20,243 nucleotides of DNA, from positions 1 through 20,243 of the forward strand of contig JAYWGM010000059.1 in assembly GCA_043778225.1 (NCBI GenBank), given 5' to 3'. Under the pieces are notes generated by a model. It was not told where the DNA came from and searched no databases. It worked only from the letters and a program-made list of their open reading frames with translations. The translations under genes were made by a program, and so were the position numbers. Of the stretch, positions 8,785 to 16,750 are shown piece by piece (the first letter of the stretch is position 1; the number at the start of each line of letters is the position of its first letter). Source of the DNA: Deinococcales bacterium (GTDB taxonomy: Bacteria; Deinococcota; Deinococci; Deinococcales; JAAFIG01).

Positions 8785-10200
8785 TCAGGCTCGGGTGTAT
8801 GCCGCCATAAACTTGGCTCGAGCTTGGCGGGTTACTTCGAGGTTTGAAGCTGGTTCGGCAATCAGTTTTGGGCTTGGCAGCATGGTGCTGGTTTCTTGGG
8901 CATTCTTGTATGTGCCGATCGCTAGACCCGCCAATAAAGCCGCCCCTCGAGCGCTGGCATGGCTTGTGCCACTCGAATAAAGTGGGGTCTCGAGACAGTC
9001 GCACAGCAGTTGCCGCCAACGTGGCTCGAGTGTCCCGCCACCGACCAATTGCAAAGCTGGAAGCTCGAAGTTAGTTTGTTGTAAGGCACTCATGCCATCA
9101 GCAATGCTAAAAGCCACGCCTTCCAGAGCCGCCCGTGCCAAATGAGCTTGGCGGTGTTGTAAACCTAAATTCAAAAACGCACCTCGAGCCTGTGGGTTTA
9201 AGTGTGGGGTGCGCTCACCACTGAGATACGGCAAAAAAATCAGGTCTTGTGAATCTGGCACTTCAAATGCCAAGTGATGAAACTCAGCCCAGTCTAAGCC
9301 CAGCCAACCCCGCACCCGCTCGAGCGCCAGTCCAGCATTCTGCATGGCTGCCATGGCATAGTAACCATGCTCGAGAACCGTGCGGTAACAATGGATATTG
9401 GCTTGATAGGTAGCAGTTTCTCGGGCGATAATAATTTGCGCCCCAGTGCCAACACTCAGTTGGGCTGTGCCAGCTTGTAGAATGCCATTGCCAAGCATTG
9501 CACAAGGCGTGTCGCCGCCGCCAGTGGCGACGGGAATACCAGCCACCAAGCCAAGATGCTCGGCGGCTTTTTTGGTCAATAGCCCAGCTATGGTACTCGA
9601 GCCGCGAAGCTCGGGCAATAGGTTTGGCAGTTCTAATTGCTCGAGAACATCGAGCGCCCAAGTATTCTGCTCGAGGTCATAAAGTAAGGTTGCCGAAGCA
9701 TCCGAAGGGTCGGAAGCAAACATACCCGTTAAGCAAAATCGCAGCCAGTCTTTGGGCAGCAGCGCCCAGCGCAGACCCTCAAAACTCGAGAATTTCTTGC
9801 ACCACAATAAAGTCGCGCCCATCATTCCGGTCACAATTGGATTACCCAAGCGCTCGAGTTGCCGTGGAGTTAGAGCCAAATACGGCTCGAGAACCGCCTC
9901 GGAACGCCCATCCGACCATAAAATCGCATCTCGAGTCGGTCGCCCGACAGCATCGCACAGCACCGTTCCGTGCATCTGCCCAGACAGACCAATGGCACGT
10001 ACCTCGGCGCTGTGCTGACCAATTGCTTCTCGAGCCGCCGCGCCAATCGCCGCCCACCACTCGAGCGGATTGCTTTCTGACCAGCCAGACTGTGGCGCAT
10101 TGACCGCATAGGTTCTCGAGGCTTGTCCTAAAACCAGACCCTCGAGACTGAGCAGCAAGGCTTTGCACGACCCCGTACCAAGGTCAAGTCCTAGGAGCAT
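8785..10200 (-). CDS. xylB: FGGY-family carbohydrate kinase, xylulokinase-like
   Basis: LGLDLGTGSCKA, GLSGQMHG, ILWSDGRS, LPKDWLRF.LTG, SDASAT, GGGDT and PYLSGERTPH. The substrate is inferred. Confidence 0.85.
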   Translation of the reverse strand: MLLGLDLGTGSCKALLLSLEGLVLGQASRTYAVNAPQSGWSESNPLEWWAAIGAAAREAIGQHSAEVRAIGLSGQMHGTVLCDAVGRPTRDAILWSDGRSEAVLEPYLALTPRQLERLGNPIVTGMMGATLLWCKKFSSFEGLRWALLPKDWLRFCLTGMFASDPSDASATLLYDLEQNTWALDVLEQLELPNLLPELRGSSTIAGLLTKKAAEHLGLVAGIPVATGGGDTPCAMLGNGILQAGTAQLSVGTGAQIIIARETATYQANIHCYRTVLEHGYYAMAAMQNAGLALERVRGWLGLDWAEFHHLAFEVPDSQDLIFLPYLSGERTPHLNPQARGAFLNLGLQHRQAHLARAALEGVAFSIADGMSALQQTNFELPALQLVGGGTLEPRWRQLLCDCLETPLYSSGTSHASARGAALLAGLAIGTYKNAQETSTMLPSPKLIAEPASNLEVTRQARAKFMAAYTRA

Positions 10201-10205
10201 AAAAG

Positions 10206-10294
10206 AAGGGAAAAAGGGAAAAAGGGAAAAAGGGAAAAAGTTTCTCGAGTAAGGTATTTTACTTTTAACCCTTTAACCTTTTGACCTTTTAACC
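10206..10294. repeat. Intergenic octamer-based imperfect inverted-repeat element, copy 2
   Basis: (AAGGGAAA)x4 arm, a spacer containing CTCGAG, then pyrimidine arm 10257-10294, which matches 6912-6949 at 35 of 38 positions. Confidence 0.85.
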
Positions 10295-10300
10295 TGCTCT

Positions 10301-10340
10301 TCACGCCAGTATCGTGACCTGTGCCGCTCACGCCAGTATC
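10301..10340. repeat. 13-bp direct repeat duplicating the 3' end of the sugar ABC ATPase gene
   Basis: TCACGCCAGTATC at 10301-10313 and 10328-10340, a 27-nt period. Confidence 0.8.
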
Positions 10341-11113
10341 TCTGGTGCGATGTCTTCGACTTTCATTGCTCCAGTCATAATCGCTACGGTGTCGGACATA
10401 CTGATTTTCTTGGGGTTGACCACGGCGGCGCGTTTGCCGAGGCGCTGAATATGAATTCGGTCGGCGAGTTCAAACACATGGGGCATATTGTGGCTGATCA
10501 AAATAACAGGTAAGCCGTTATCGCGCACCCGACGGATTAAATCCAGCACCATATTGCCTTCTTTGACCCCCAGCGCTGCTGTTGGTTCGTCCATAATCAC
10601 CACATGGCGGGCAAAAGCTGCGCTTCGTGCCACTGCCACGCCCTGACGCTGCCCACCGGATAAGGTCTCGACTGCTTGGCTCATGCTGCGAATGCCGATT
10701 TTTAAGCCATCCATGTGGCGCGTGGCTTCCTCGAGCATTTTTTTATGGTCAATCACCCGAAAGAGTTTAGCTAAAAATCCAGAGCGCAAAATTTCGCGCC
10801 CCAAAAATAAATTTTCAGCAATTGTCATTGCGGGAGCAACCGCTAAATCTTGATAAACCGTCTCGATACCATGGTGGCGGGCATCTATCGGGCTGCGAAA
10901 TTTAACGGGTTTACCATCGAGCATGATTTCGCCAGAATCGGGGATGGTTGCGCCAGATAAGGCTTTAATTAAGCTGCTTTTGCCAGCGCCGTTGTCGCCG
11001 ATGACCGCCAAAATTTCGCCAGCTTTGAGTTCAAAATCTGTGCCATCCAGCGCCGTCACTTGTCCATAGCGCTTGACCAAATTTCGGGCTTGGAAAATCG
11101 TGTCTTGGTTCAT
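10328..11113 (-). CDS. Sugar ABC transporter ATP-binding protein with a single ATPase domain, FrcA-like
   Basis: GDNGAGKSS, GIETVYQDLA, LSGGQRQG, VIMDEPTAALGV, LISHNMPHV. Confidence 0.93.
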   Translation of the reverse strand: MNQDTIFQARNLVKRYGQVTALDGTDFELKAGEILAVIGDNGAGKSSLIKALSGATIPDSGEIMLDGKPVKFRSPIDARHHGIETVYQDLAVAPAMTIAENLFLGREILRSGFLAKLFRVIDHKKMLEEATRHMDGLKIGIRSMSQAVETLSGGQRQGVAVARSAAFARHVVIMDEPTAALGVKEGNMVLDLIRRVRDNGLPVILISHNMPHVFELADRIHIQRLGKRAAVVNPKKISMSDTVAIMTGAMKVEDIAPEILA

Positions 11114-11130
11114 TTTTAACTCCTCGAGCT

Positions 11131-12105
11131 TTACTTTTTCTTAGAAAGCTGGTCGGCAGTGACTGCCAGAATCACCAAAATACCAGTAATCAAAATCTGA
11201 AAAACACTTGGTACACCCGTCAGGGTTAAACCATTGCGAAAAACCCCGATGATAATCGCCCCAAGCAGCGTACCAAAAATCACGCCTCGCCCACCAAATA
11301 GGCTTGTACCACCCAGCACCACGGCGGTAATCGTCTCGAGGTTATCGGTTTGTCCAGCATTGGGATCGCCAACTCCGGTTCTCGAGATTAAGAGCCAGCC
11401 AGCCAGCCCATAAATCAGACCTGCCAAGGTGTAGACCAACAGCAGCACACGCTGGGTTGGAATACCAGTTAAACGAGCAGCTTCGGGGTTGTTGCCAACG
11501 GCGTACAAGTGTCGCCCGGGGGCAGTTTGACTCAGGATAAACCAGACAAATAAATACAGGCTAATCATCGTAATCACGCCGTAATTGATGACTGTGCTGC
11601 CTAGGCTAAAGGTGTTGCCAAAAACCAGCAGCGCCGAATCTGGAGCATCTATCGTGACCGTCTGGGCGCTCGAGTAAATCTGGGTTAAAGCAAAAGCGAT
11701 ATTTAATGTGCCAAGCGTGACAATAAAAGGCGGTAGTTTAATGCGGGTAATCAGCATTCCGTTCAGGAATCCAAAACCAGTCGTGACCGCTAAGCCGCAC
11801 AAGATTGCCAGCATTGGTGGTAAGCCCAGTTGGGTGGCAAATTTACTCATTACCATTGTGCCAAGTGCCATCACCATACCGCAGCTTAAATCAATTCCAG
11901 CCGTTAAAATCACCAGCGTTTGTCCGATTGCCATGACCCCAATGACCATGACTTGTTGCAGAATTAACGAAAAATTTTGGGCTGTAAAAAAACGATCTGA
12001 TTGGGTGCTAAAAACAATCACCGCTAAAAGCAATGCCATGAATGGACCCAACACCGAAATGCTGGGAAGTTTCTCGAGCCAATTGGTTTTATTTGCATTT
12101 GACAT
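11131..12105 (-). CDS. Sugar ABC transporter permease (RbsC/FrcC-like)
   Basis: GQTLVILTAGIDLS, LPPFIVTLG, YAVGNNPEAARLTGI, AVVLGGTSLFGGRG. A GAGGAG SD links it to the downstream ATPase. Confidence 0.94.
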   Translation of the reverse strand: MSNANKTNWLEKLPSISVLGPFMALLLAVIVFSTQSDRFFTAQNFSLILQQVMVIGVMAIGQTLVILTAGIDLSCGMVMALGTMVMSKFATQLGLPPMLAILCGLAVTTGFGFLNGMLITRIKLPPFIVTLGTLNIAFALTQIYSSAQTVTIDAPDSALLVFGNTFSLGSTVINYGVITMISLYLFVWFILSQTAPGRHLYAVGNNPEAARLTGIPTQRVLLLVYTLAGLIYGLAGWLLISRTGVGDPNAGQTDNLETITAVVLGGTSLFGGRGVIFGTLLGAIIIGVFRNGLTLTGVPSVFQILITGILVILAVTADQLSKKK

Positions 12106-12126
12106 GGTTATTTCCTAAGAGGTTTT

Positions 12127-12149
12127 GAGGGCGCTGATTTTGCACCCTC
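12127..12149. terminator. Stem-loop between the binding-protein and permease genes
   Basis: On the minus strand GAGGGTGC-7 nt loop-GCGCCCTC, 8 bp with one G-U pair. The adjacent T run is on the plus strand. Confidence 0.45.
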
Positions 12150-12165
12150 GCTTTTTTTGGAGGAG

Positions 12166-12199
12166 TGGGAAACCGACTTACCCCCAAGTCGGTTTCCCA
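12166..12199 (-). terminator. Perfect 14-bp stem-loop just after the binding-protein stop; likely an mRNA-stabilising or attenuating element
   Basis: TGGGAAACCGACTT-ACCCCC-AAGTCGGTTTCCCA, 15 nt after the stop, with no U tract on the sense strand. Confidence 0.7.
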
Positions 12200-12214
12200 G
12201 ATACGAATTTGAGT

Positions 12215-13204
12215 TTAGTTGCCCCAGCAGTTGGCAAGTCCAAAGGCGACATTCTTGCTGCCAATGCCAGCAATGGCGCGTTTGGCAATCAAGGTCACGC
12301 CGGTGTCCACGTAGCCTTTGGCTTTAACACCAGTCTTGGCGTATTTCACGCCAGCCGCCACGCCCAAGGCAGCCATCTTGAGTGGGTATTGTTGGCTGGT
12401 TGCGACAATTACGTTCTTGTCTACGTTGCGAACGCCTTCACAGCCACCGTCTACGCTAAAAATAGCGGCGGTTTTCTTGGCGGCTTTCAGGGCTTGGAAT
12501 GCACCGGCGGCGGCTGGTTCGTTGATTGTGTAGACAACATTAATATCTGGGTTCTTCTGGAGGCAGTTTTCCATCGCAGTCTGCCCTTTGGCTTGGTCGC
12601 CAAAAGTATCTTGGCTGCAAACAACCTGTGGTGTGGTTGCCAAATCTTCGGTGTCAGCATCAATGTTGGTTGCCCCTAAACCAGCCAAAAAGCCGTTGTG
12701 ACGAGCAATTCCAACTGGATGACCGGGAAACAAATCGAGCATTGCAATTTTTAGGGTTTTGCCTTTGAGTTGGGCGGCGGCGTATTCGCCAATCAAAACG
12801 CCAGCTTTGAAGTTATCGGTGGCATACAAGGCATCCACAGCATCGGCTGGTTCGGTTGGGGAATCAAGGGCAATCACTTGGACACCAGCCGCTTGGGCTT
12901 TTTTGATGGCTGGAACAATCGCTTTGGAATCGGACGGCGTAATCAAAATCGTTTGTGCGCCGGCAGCGACCATGTTTTCGATGGCAGCCACTTGTCCAGC
13001 GTTGTCGCCGTCTTGTTTACCGGCGGCGCTCAAGAATTTTGCACCCAAACGTGTGGCTTCCTTAGAAGCGCCTTCTTTCATTTTGACAAAGAACGGGTTG
13101 CTTTCGGTTTTGGTGATTAAACCGATGATTGGGCTTTTACCTTGGGCGAGAGCAAGGCAAACGGTGGTTGCGCCAAGGGCGACTAAAACAGCAATTTTAC
13201 GCAT
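12215..13204 (-). CDS. Sugar ABC transporter substrate-binding protein (FrcB-like)
   Basis: Signal peptide; LITKTESNPFFVKMKEGA, ATDNFKAG, NVVYTINEPAAAGA, SVDGGCEG, SQQYPLKMA; AGGAG SD. Confidence 0.92.
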   Translation of the reverse strand: MRKIAVLVALGATTVCLALAQGKSPIIGLITKTESNPFFVKMKEGASKEATRLGAKFLSAAGKQDGDNAGQVAAIENMVAAGAQTILITPSDSKAIVPAIKKAQAAGVQVIALDSPTEPADAVDALYATDNFKAGVLIGEYAAAQLKGKTLKIAMLDLFPGHPVGIARHNGFLAGLGATNIDADTEDLATTPQVVCSQDTFGDQAKGQTAMENCLQKNPDINVVYTINEPAAAGAFQALKAAKKTAAIFSVDGGCEGVRNVDKNVIVATSQQYPLKMAALGVAAGVKYAKTGVKAKGYVDTGVTLIAKRAIAGIGSKNVAFGLANCWGN

Positions 13205-13285
13205 GGTGGTTCTCCTAATTTGAAAGAGGGCGAATTGCCGACAAGACCAGACTTAAAGAGGGCATTCACTCCCTCGAGAAATGGG

Positions 13286-14290
13286 TTAAGGCGGTGGAGC
13301 GGTGCTGGAGCGGCGAATAAAGTTGGTGGCTAAACGAATCTGAATCGGGTGTTGGGTTCTGCCGCGCTCGAGGCGGTCTAAAAGTGTTTCACACGCCAAA
13401 TATGCCAATTCATACGCCGGTTGGGCAACCACGGTAATGCTGGGTTGCAACAATTTTGCCCAACGTGAATCGTCAAAACCAACCATGCTCAGGTCTTGGG
13501 GGATTCGCAACCCAAGGTCTCGAGCCGCAAAAATTGCACCGATGGTCATTTCGTTGTTGCCGACAAAAAGGGCAGTTGGTCGCTGGTCGGCGGGGCGCGA
13601 AAGGAGATTATGGGCAGCTAACCTGCCGCCATCATCGCGGTGATTGCCGATTTGCACCAAGTTATCGCGGTATGGAATCCCAGCTTCTAAAAGCGCTTCG
13701 CGGTAGCCCGTATGGCGCTCGACAGCGGTCGAAATATCAAAGCTACCAGCAATCATGCCAATCCGTTGGTGTCCTAGGCTGGTGAGGTGCTGCACCGCCG
13801 TTCTCGAGCCACCAATGTTGTCCACCATGACGGTGTGTGCATCTTTTAGCCCACTGGCGCGGTCAAGTTCGATAACTGGCAAATTGCCGACCAATTTTAG
13901 GTTTTCTTGTGCGCCTGCTGTCGGCATAATAATCAAGCCCTGCGGCATATGGCTGCGTAGACTCTCGAGCGCTTTGCGTTCTTTTTCGGAGTCCTCATCG
14001 GTGTTAAACATAAAAACGGTGTAATCGCGTTTGGCGGCGGCATCCTGAACCCCTTTGGCGAGCATTGCGTTACCGGGGTTTAAGACATCGGAAATAATTA
14101 AACCGATGCTCTGGCTCTGACCACGCCGCAAAGCACTGGCAAGCTGATTGGGTTGGTAGCCAAGTTGGTTGGCTATCTCGAGAACCCGTTCGCGGGTTTT
14201 CTGGTTGACCAAATCCGGACGGGTAAAAGCCCTCGAGACCGTGGCTCGAGAAACTTTGGCAAGACTTGCTACTTGGTCAACATCAATCAT
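13286..14290 (-). CDS. LacI-family transcriptional regulator
   Basis: HTH VDQVASLAKVSRATVSRAF, hinge LGYQPNQLASALR, and IPQDLSMVGFDD. An alternative start lies at 14299. Confidence 0.95.
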   Translation of the reverse strand: MIDVDQVASLAKVSRATVSRAFTRPDLVNQKTRERVLEIANQLGYQPNQLASALRRGQSQSIGLIISDVLNPGNAMLAKGVQDAAAKRDYTVFMFNTDEDSEKERKALESLRSHMPQGLIIMPTAGAQENLKLVGNLPVIELDRASGLKDAHTVMVDNIGGSRTAVQHLTSLGHQRIGMIAGSFDISTAVERHTGYREALLEAGIPYRDNLVQIGNHRDDGGRLAAHNLLSRPADQRPTALFVGNNEMTIGAIFAARDLGLRIPQDLSMVGFDDSRWAKLLQPSITVVAQPAYELAYLACETLLDRLERGRTQHPIQIRLATNFIRRSSTAPPP

Positions 14291-14322
14291 GGCTTCCATT
14301 TGTAGAGCGTATCCGATTATCC

Positions 14323-14336
14323 TGCATTCGATTGCA
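14323..14336. promoter_or_regulatory. Putative second LacI-type operator
   Basis: TGCATTCGATTGCA, a near-palindrome with a central CG, 12/14 identical to the operator at 14408-14421. Confidence 0.6.
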
Positions 14337-14406
14337 GTAATAAGGTCTTAGAAATACCGTCTCTCAAGCCATAAATAGCTGGGCAGAACAGTTCTTTTGG
14401 TTTAAG

Positions 14407-14422
14407 TTGCAATCGTTTGCAA
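14407..14422. promoter_or_regulatory. Putative primary LacI-type operator
   Basis: TTGCAATCGTTTGCAA, a 16-bp near-perfect palindrome fitting TGnAAnCGnTTnCA, immediately downstream of the -10 box. Confidence 0.75.
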
Positions 14423-14452
14423 AGTATACTCAGACTTGATGGCAGTTTGCAA
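14423..14452 (-). promoter_or_regulatory. Putative sigma70-type promoter of the lacI-ABC-kinase operon
   Basis: Minus strand TTGCAA-18 nt-TATACT. Confidence 0.65.
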
Positions 14453-14466
14453 GTATTCTGGAATAC

Positions 14467-14499
14467 AAAAACAAAAAACCCCTCGAGACACTCGAGGGG
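14467..14499 (-). terminator. Rho-independent terminator after the phytase-like esterase gene
   Basis: Minus strand CCCCTCGAG-TGT-CTCGAGGGG followed by TTTTTTGTTTTT. Confidence 0.85.
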
Positions 14500-14531
14500 C
14501 ATAAAAGGAAGGAAGTTCCCAAGTTGTTTGT

Positions 14532-15776
14532 TTAGCGTCCCACACCAGTTGCGAGGCTCAAGGCTTTCTCGAGTTTCAGCCAGATAAACTCGTTGGGGTC
14601 TTTAACATCTGCGCCGCGTCCACCTTTGGCATCATAATTATTATCGTTGGCAACCAGAATCGTGGTGCTGTTCAGGACAATCACATTTTCGATCGTCACA
14701 AACGGAAATTGGAAAATGCCATCTTTGGTGCTGGGGGCAAGTTTATTGGCATCGGTAATGTTCATCAGATCAGCCACCAATTCTTTTTGGGCAACGCCAG
14801 CCGTATCTTTTTTGGAGAGGTCAATTTTATAAATCCGTTTGAACTTGGCGGTTGCTCCCGAGCCATTATCGCGCTCGATGACTAAGTATTCGTTCTCGTT
14901 AATGACGGTAAAATCGCCAATCGCGTTGGCAACGTCTTCGAGTTTATAAAAAGCAGCTATGCCAACAAATTTCTTGGTCGCCACATCAAATTCGTTGATT
15001 CGCAACAAACCAGCCGTGTCGGTCGAAACACTGCCCTCAAGCATCGCAAAAATCTTGGTTTTGCTCGGGTTAGTTGCCATGCCCTCGTAGCCCCTCGAGC
15101 CACCAAGGTTAGCGACCGACATTCCGCCTGGGTTTGGCGAGGAAGCCAGTACACCAGAGTTATTGGGTGAGCGCACCAAGTCCTTGGTTGGGTCTTTGCC
15201 CGCTCCAAAGTCTGGGGTGGCAATCGGCGCAGCCAGCAATTTGCCAGTTGTGTCAAAATTCAGTAAGTACGGACCGAATTCGTCGCCAATCCAGATTGTG
15301 CCGTCTTGCGCCAAAATAAAGCTCTCGGGGTCAAAATCAAAGCCAGTCAATAAGCGCTCGGTGGTGTTTTCATTGACGATAATAAACGGGATTTTTTTGT
15401 CGGGGTCGCGTAAGCCAATAAAACTGTTGACAGTTACTGTACCAGCCCCACCTGTAGCAATTTTAGCGTTGAGGGTGATGTTATGCAGGCGCAACAAGTA
15501 ATCAGCGCTGTTGTACTTTGTGCCAAAGCCATTATCCGAGAGCATCCAGTAGTTGCCATTGGCGGCAAATTGGATGCCGCTAAAACCTTGCACAGGTTGG
15601 CTCGAGAAACGGGTGCTATCGGCTTTGCTGCCGTTGGCGTTAAATTGCCCACTGGCAGGACCGGTGGCAAAAGTATCGGCTGGCAGCAGCGAAAACCCAA
15701 TTAGCTCGGTTTTGAGGCTTTGTGCGAGGACGGTAGCCGTGGCAAGAATGCCAAATGCGGTCAGGATTTTTTTCAT
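14532..15776 (-). CDS. Secreted 'esterase-like activity of phytase' family protein (~414 aa)
   Basis: Signal peptide MKKILTAFGILATATVLA; motifs QGFSGI, SDNGFG, FDPES, GDEFGP, SRGYEGMA, VIERD, FPFVTIE, NDNNY. Starting at 15776 removes the overlap with the AraC gene. Confidence 0.85.
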   Translation of the reverse strand: MKKILTAFGILATATVLAQSLKTELIGFSLLPADTFATGPASGQFNANGSKADSTRFSSQPVQGFSGIQFAANGNYWMLSDNGFGTKYNSADYLLRLHNITLNAKIATGGAGTVTVNSFIGLRDPDKKIPFIIVNENTTERLLTGFDFDPESFILAQDGTIWIGDEFGPYLLNFDTTGKLLAAPIATPDFGAGKDPTKDLVRSPNNSGVLASSPNPGGMSVANLGGSRGYEGMATNPSKTKIFAMLEGSVSTDTAGLLRINEFDVATKKFVGIAAFYKLEDVANAIGDFTVINENEYLVIERDNGSGATAKFKRIYKIDLSKKDTAGVAQKELVADLMNITDANKLAPSTKDGIFQFPFVTIENVIVLNSTTILVANDNNYDAKGGRGADVKDPNEFIWLKLEKALSLATGVGR

Positions 15777-15813
15777 ACACTGTGCATTGTGGCTGTGGCT
15801 GGTCAGGTTTAGG

Positions 15814-16650
15814 TCAATCACACAAACTTGACAAAGCGCTAGAGCGATAGCGAGCGCGGTAAAGACGTGGCGACATTTTTGAGGCTTGTGCAAAAACAGC
15901 ATAAAACCGCGCTAGACTCTGAAAGCCAGACTCAAATGCCACATCCAAAACACTCGAGTCTTGGGTAATCAATAAGCGCTGGGCGTGTGCCAAACGGTGT
16001 TGGGTCAGAAATTGGTGAATTGTCAGCCCAAAGGCTTGTTTAAATACGGTCATGGCATAATTGGGGTTTAAGCCAAAATCTCGAGCCAGCGTCGTGGCAG
16101 TGATTGGCTTGGTGTACTCTTGGGCAATCACTTGTGCAAGTTGCTCGGCAGTGCTGCGTCGGCTGTCGTCAAGAATCTGATTGTGTGTCGAATCCTCGAA
16201 CTGGGCAAAGCGGTGTAAAAAGGCTTCGGCTTCGAGCATCACGGCACGGTGCTGGCGAATTGGGTCGGTGTTGGTTTGTGGGCGAACGGACTGTTGTAAA
16301 TCCATTGCCCAGCGCTCAAATAAAGCACAATCCAAACTTGGGTTGTGGCTGCGGCGAATCTGAGGTGTGCCATGCAGCAAAGCATTTCTAAGGTGACTTG
16401 GAATATCCCAGCGCAAGAATTCGGTCAGCGGAATGTGTAAAACGCCAAGTTTTGATGCGGGTTGGCAATAAATAATACGGTGCGGTGTGATTGCCCAATA
16501 TGCCGTGACTTCGGCTGCCCGCAACACCACTCGAGTCCCGCCCATCAGATAATGCAGTTCGCCACTGGCAATCAGATTGAGTTCTATTTCGCTGTGCTGG
16601 TGTAAATGCTCAATCACCCAAGGCTCGCCAAACCAGCCAAGTAAATTCAT
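15814..16650 (-). CDS. AraC-family transcriptional regulator (MelR-like; cupin plus double HTH, ~278 aa)
   Basis: H.HSEIELN..YWAITPH cupin; C-terminal RLAHAQRLL..SVLDVAFESGFQSLARFYAVF..MSPRLYR. ATG 16650 lies 7 nt after TATACT. Confidence 0.9.
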   Translation of the reverse strand: MNLLGWFGEPWVIEHLHQHSEIELNLIASGELHYLMGGTRVVLRAAEVTAYWAITPHRIIYCQPASKLGVLHIPLTEFLRWDIPSHLRNALLHGTPQIRRSHNPSLDCALFERWAMDLQQSVRPQTNTDPIRQHRAVMLEAEAFLHRFAQFEDSTHNQILDDSRRSTAEQLAQVIAQEYTKPITATTLARDFGLNPNYAMTVFKQAFGLTIHQFLTQHRLAHAQRLLITQDSSVLDVAFESGFQSLARFYAVFAQASKMSPRLYRARYRSSALSSLCD

Positions 16651-16750
16651 GCTTTTAAGTATACCTGAGTATCCAAGAAAATGAGTTTGGTCAACGATAA
16701 GACACTTTGGGTCAAGATCGCTAGACTGGGCTAAATCAAAAGGAGTCATC

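Noticed and set aside
8447..10103. Plus-strand ORFs of 177 and 201 aa
   Set aside because: Antisense to well-supported genes, with unnatural amino-acid composition.
12125..13223. Plus-strand ORFs of 184, 154 and 116 aa
   Set aside because: Antisense shadows of the binding-protein gene with no motifs or start signals.
15777..15902. Long N-terminal extension of the phytase-like ORF
   Set aside because: It overlaps the AraC 3' end, and the signal peptide starts at Met 15776.
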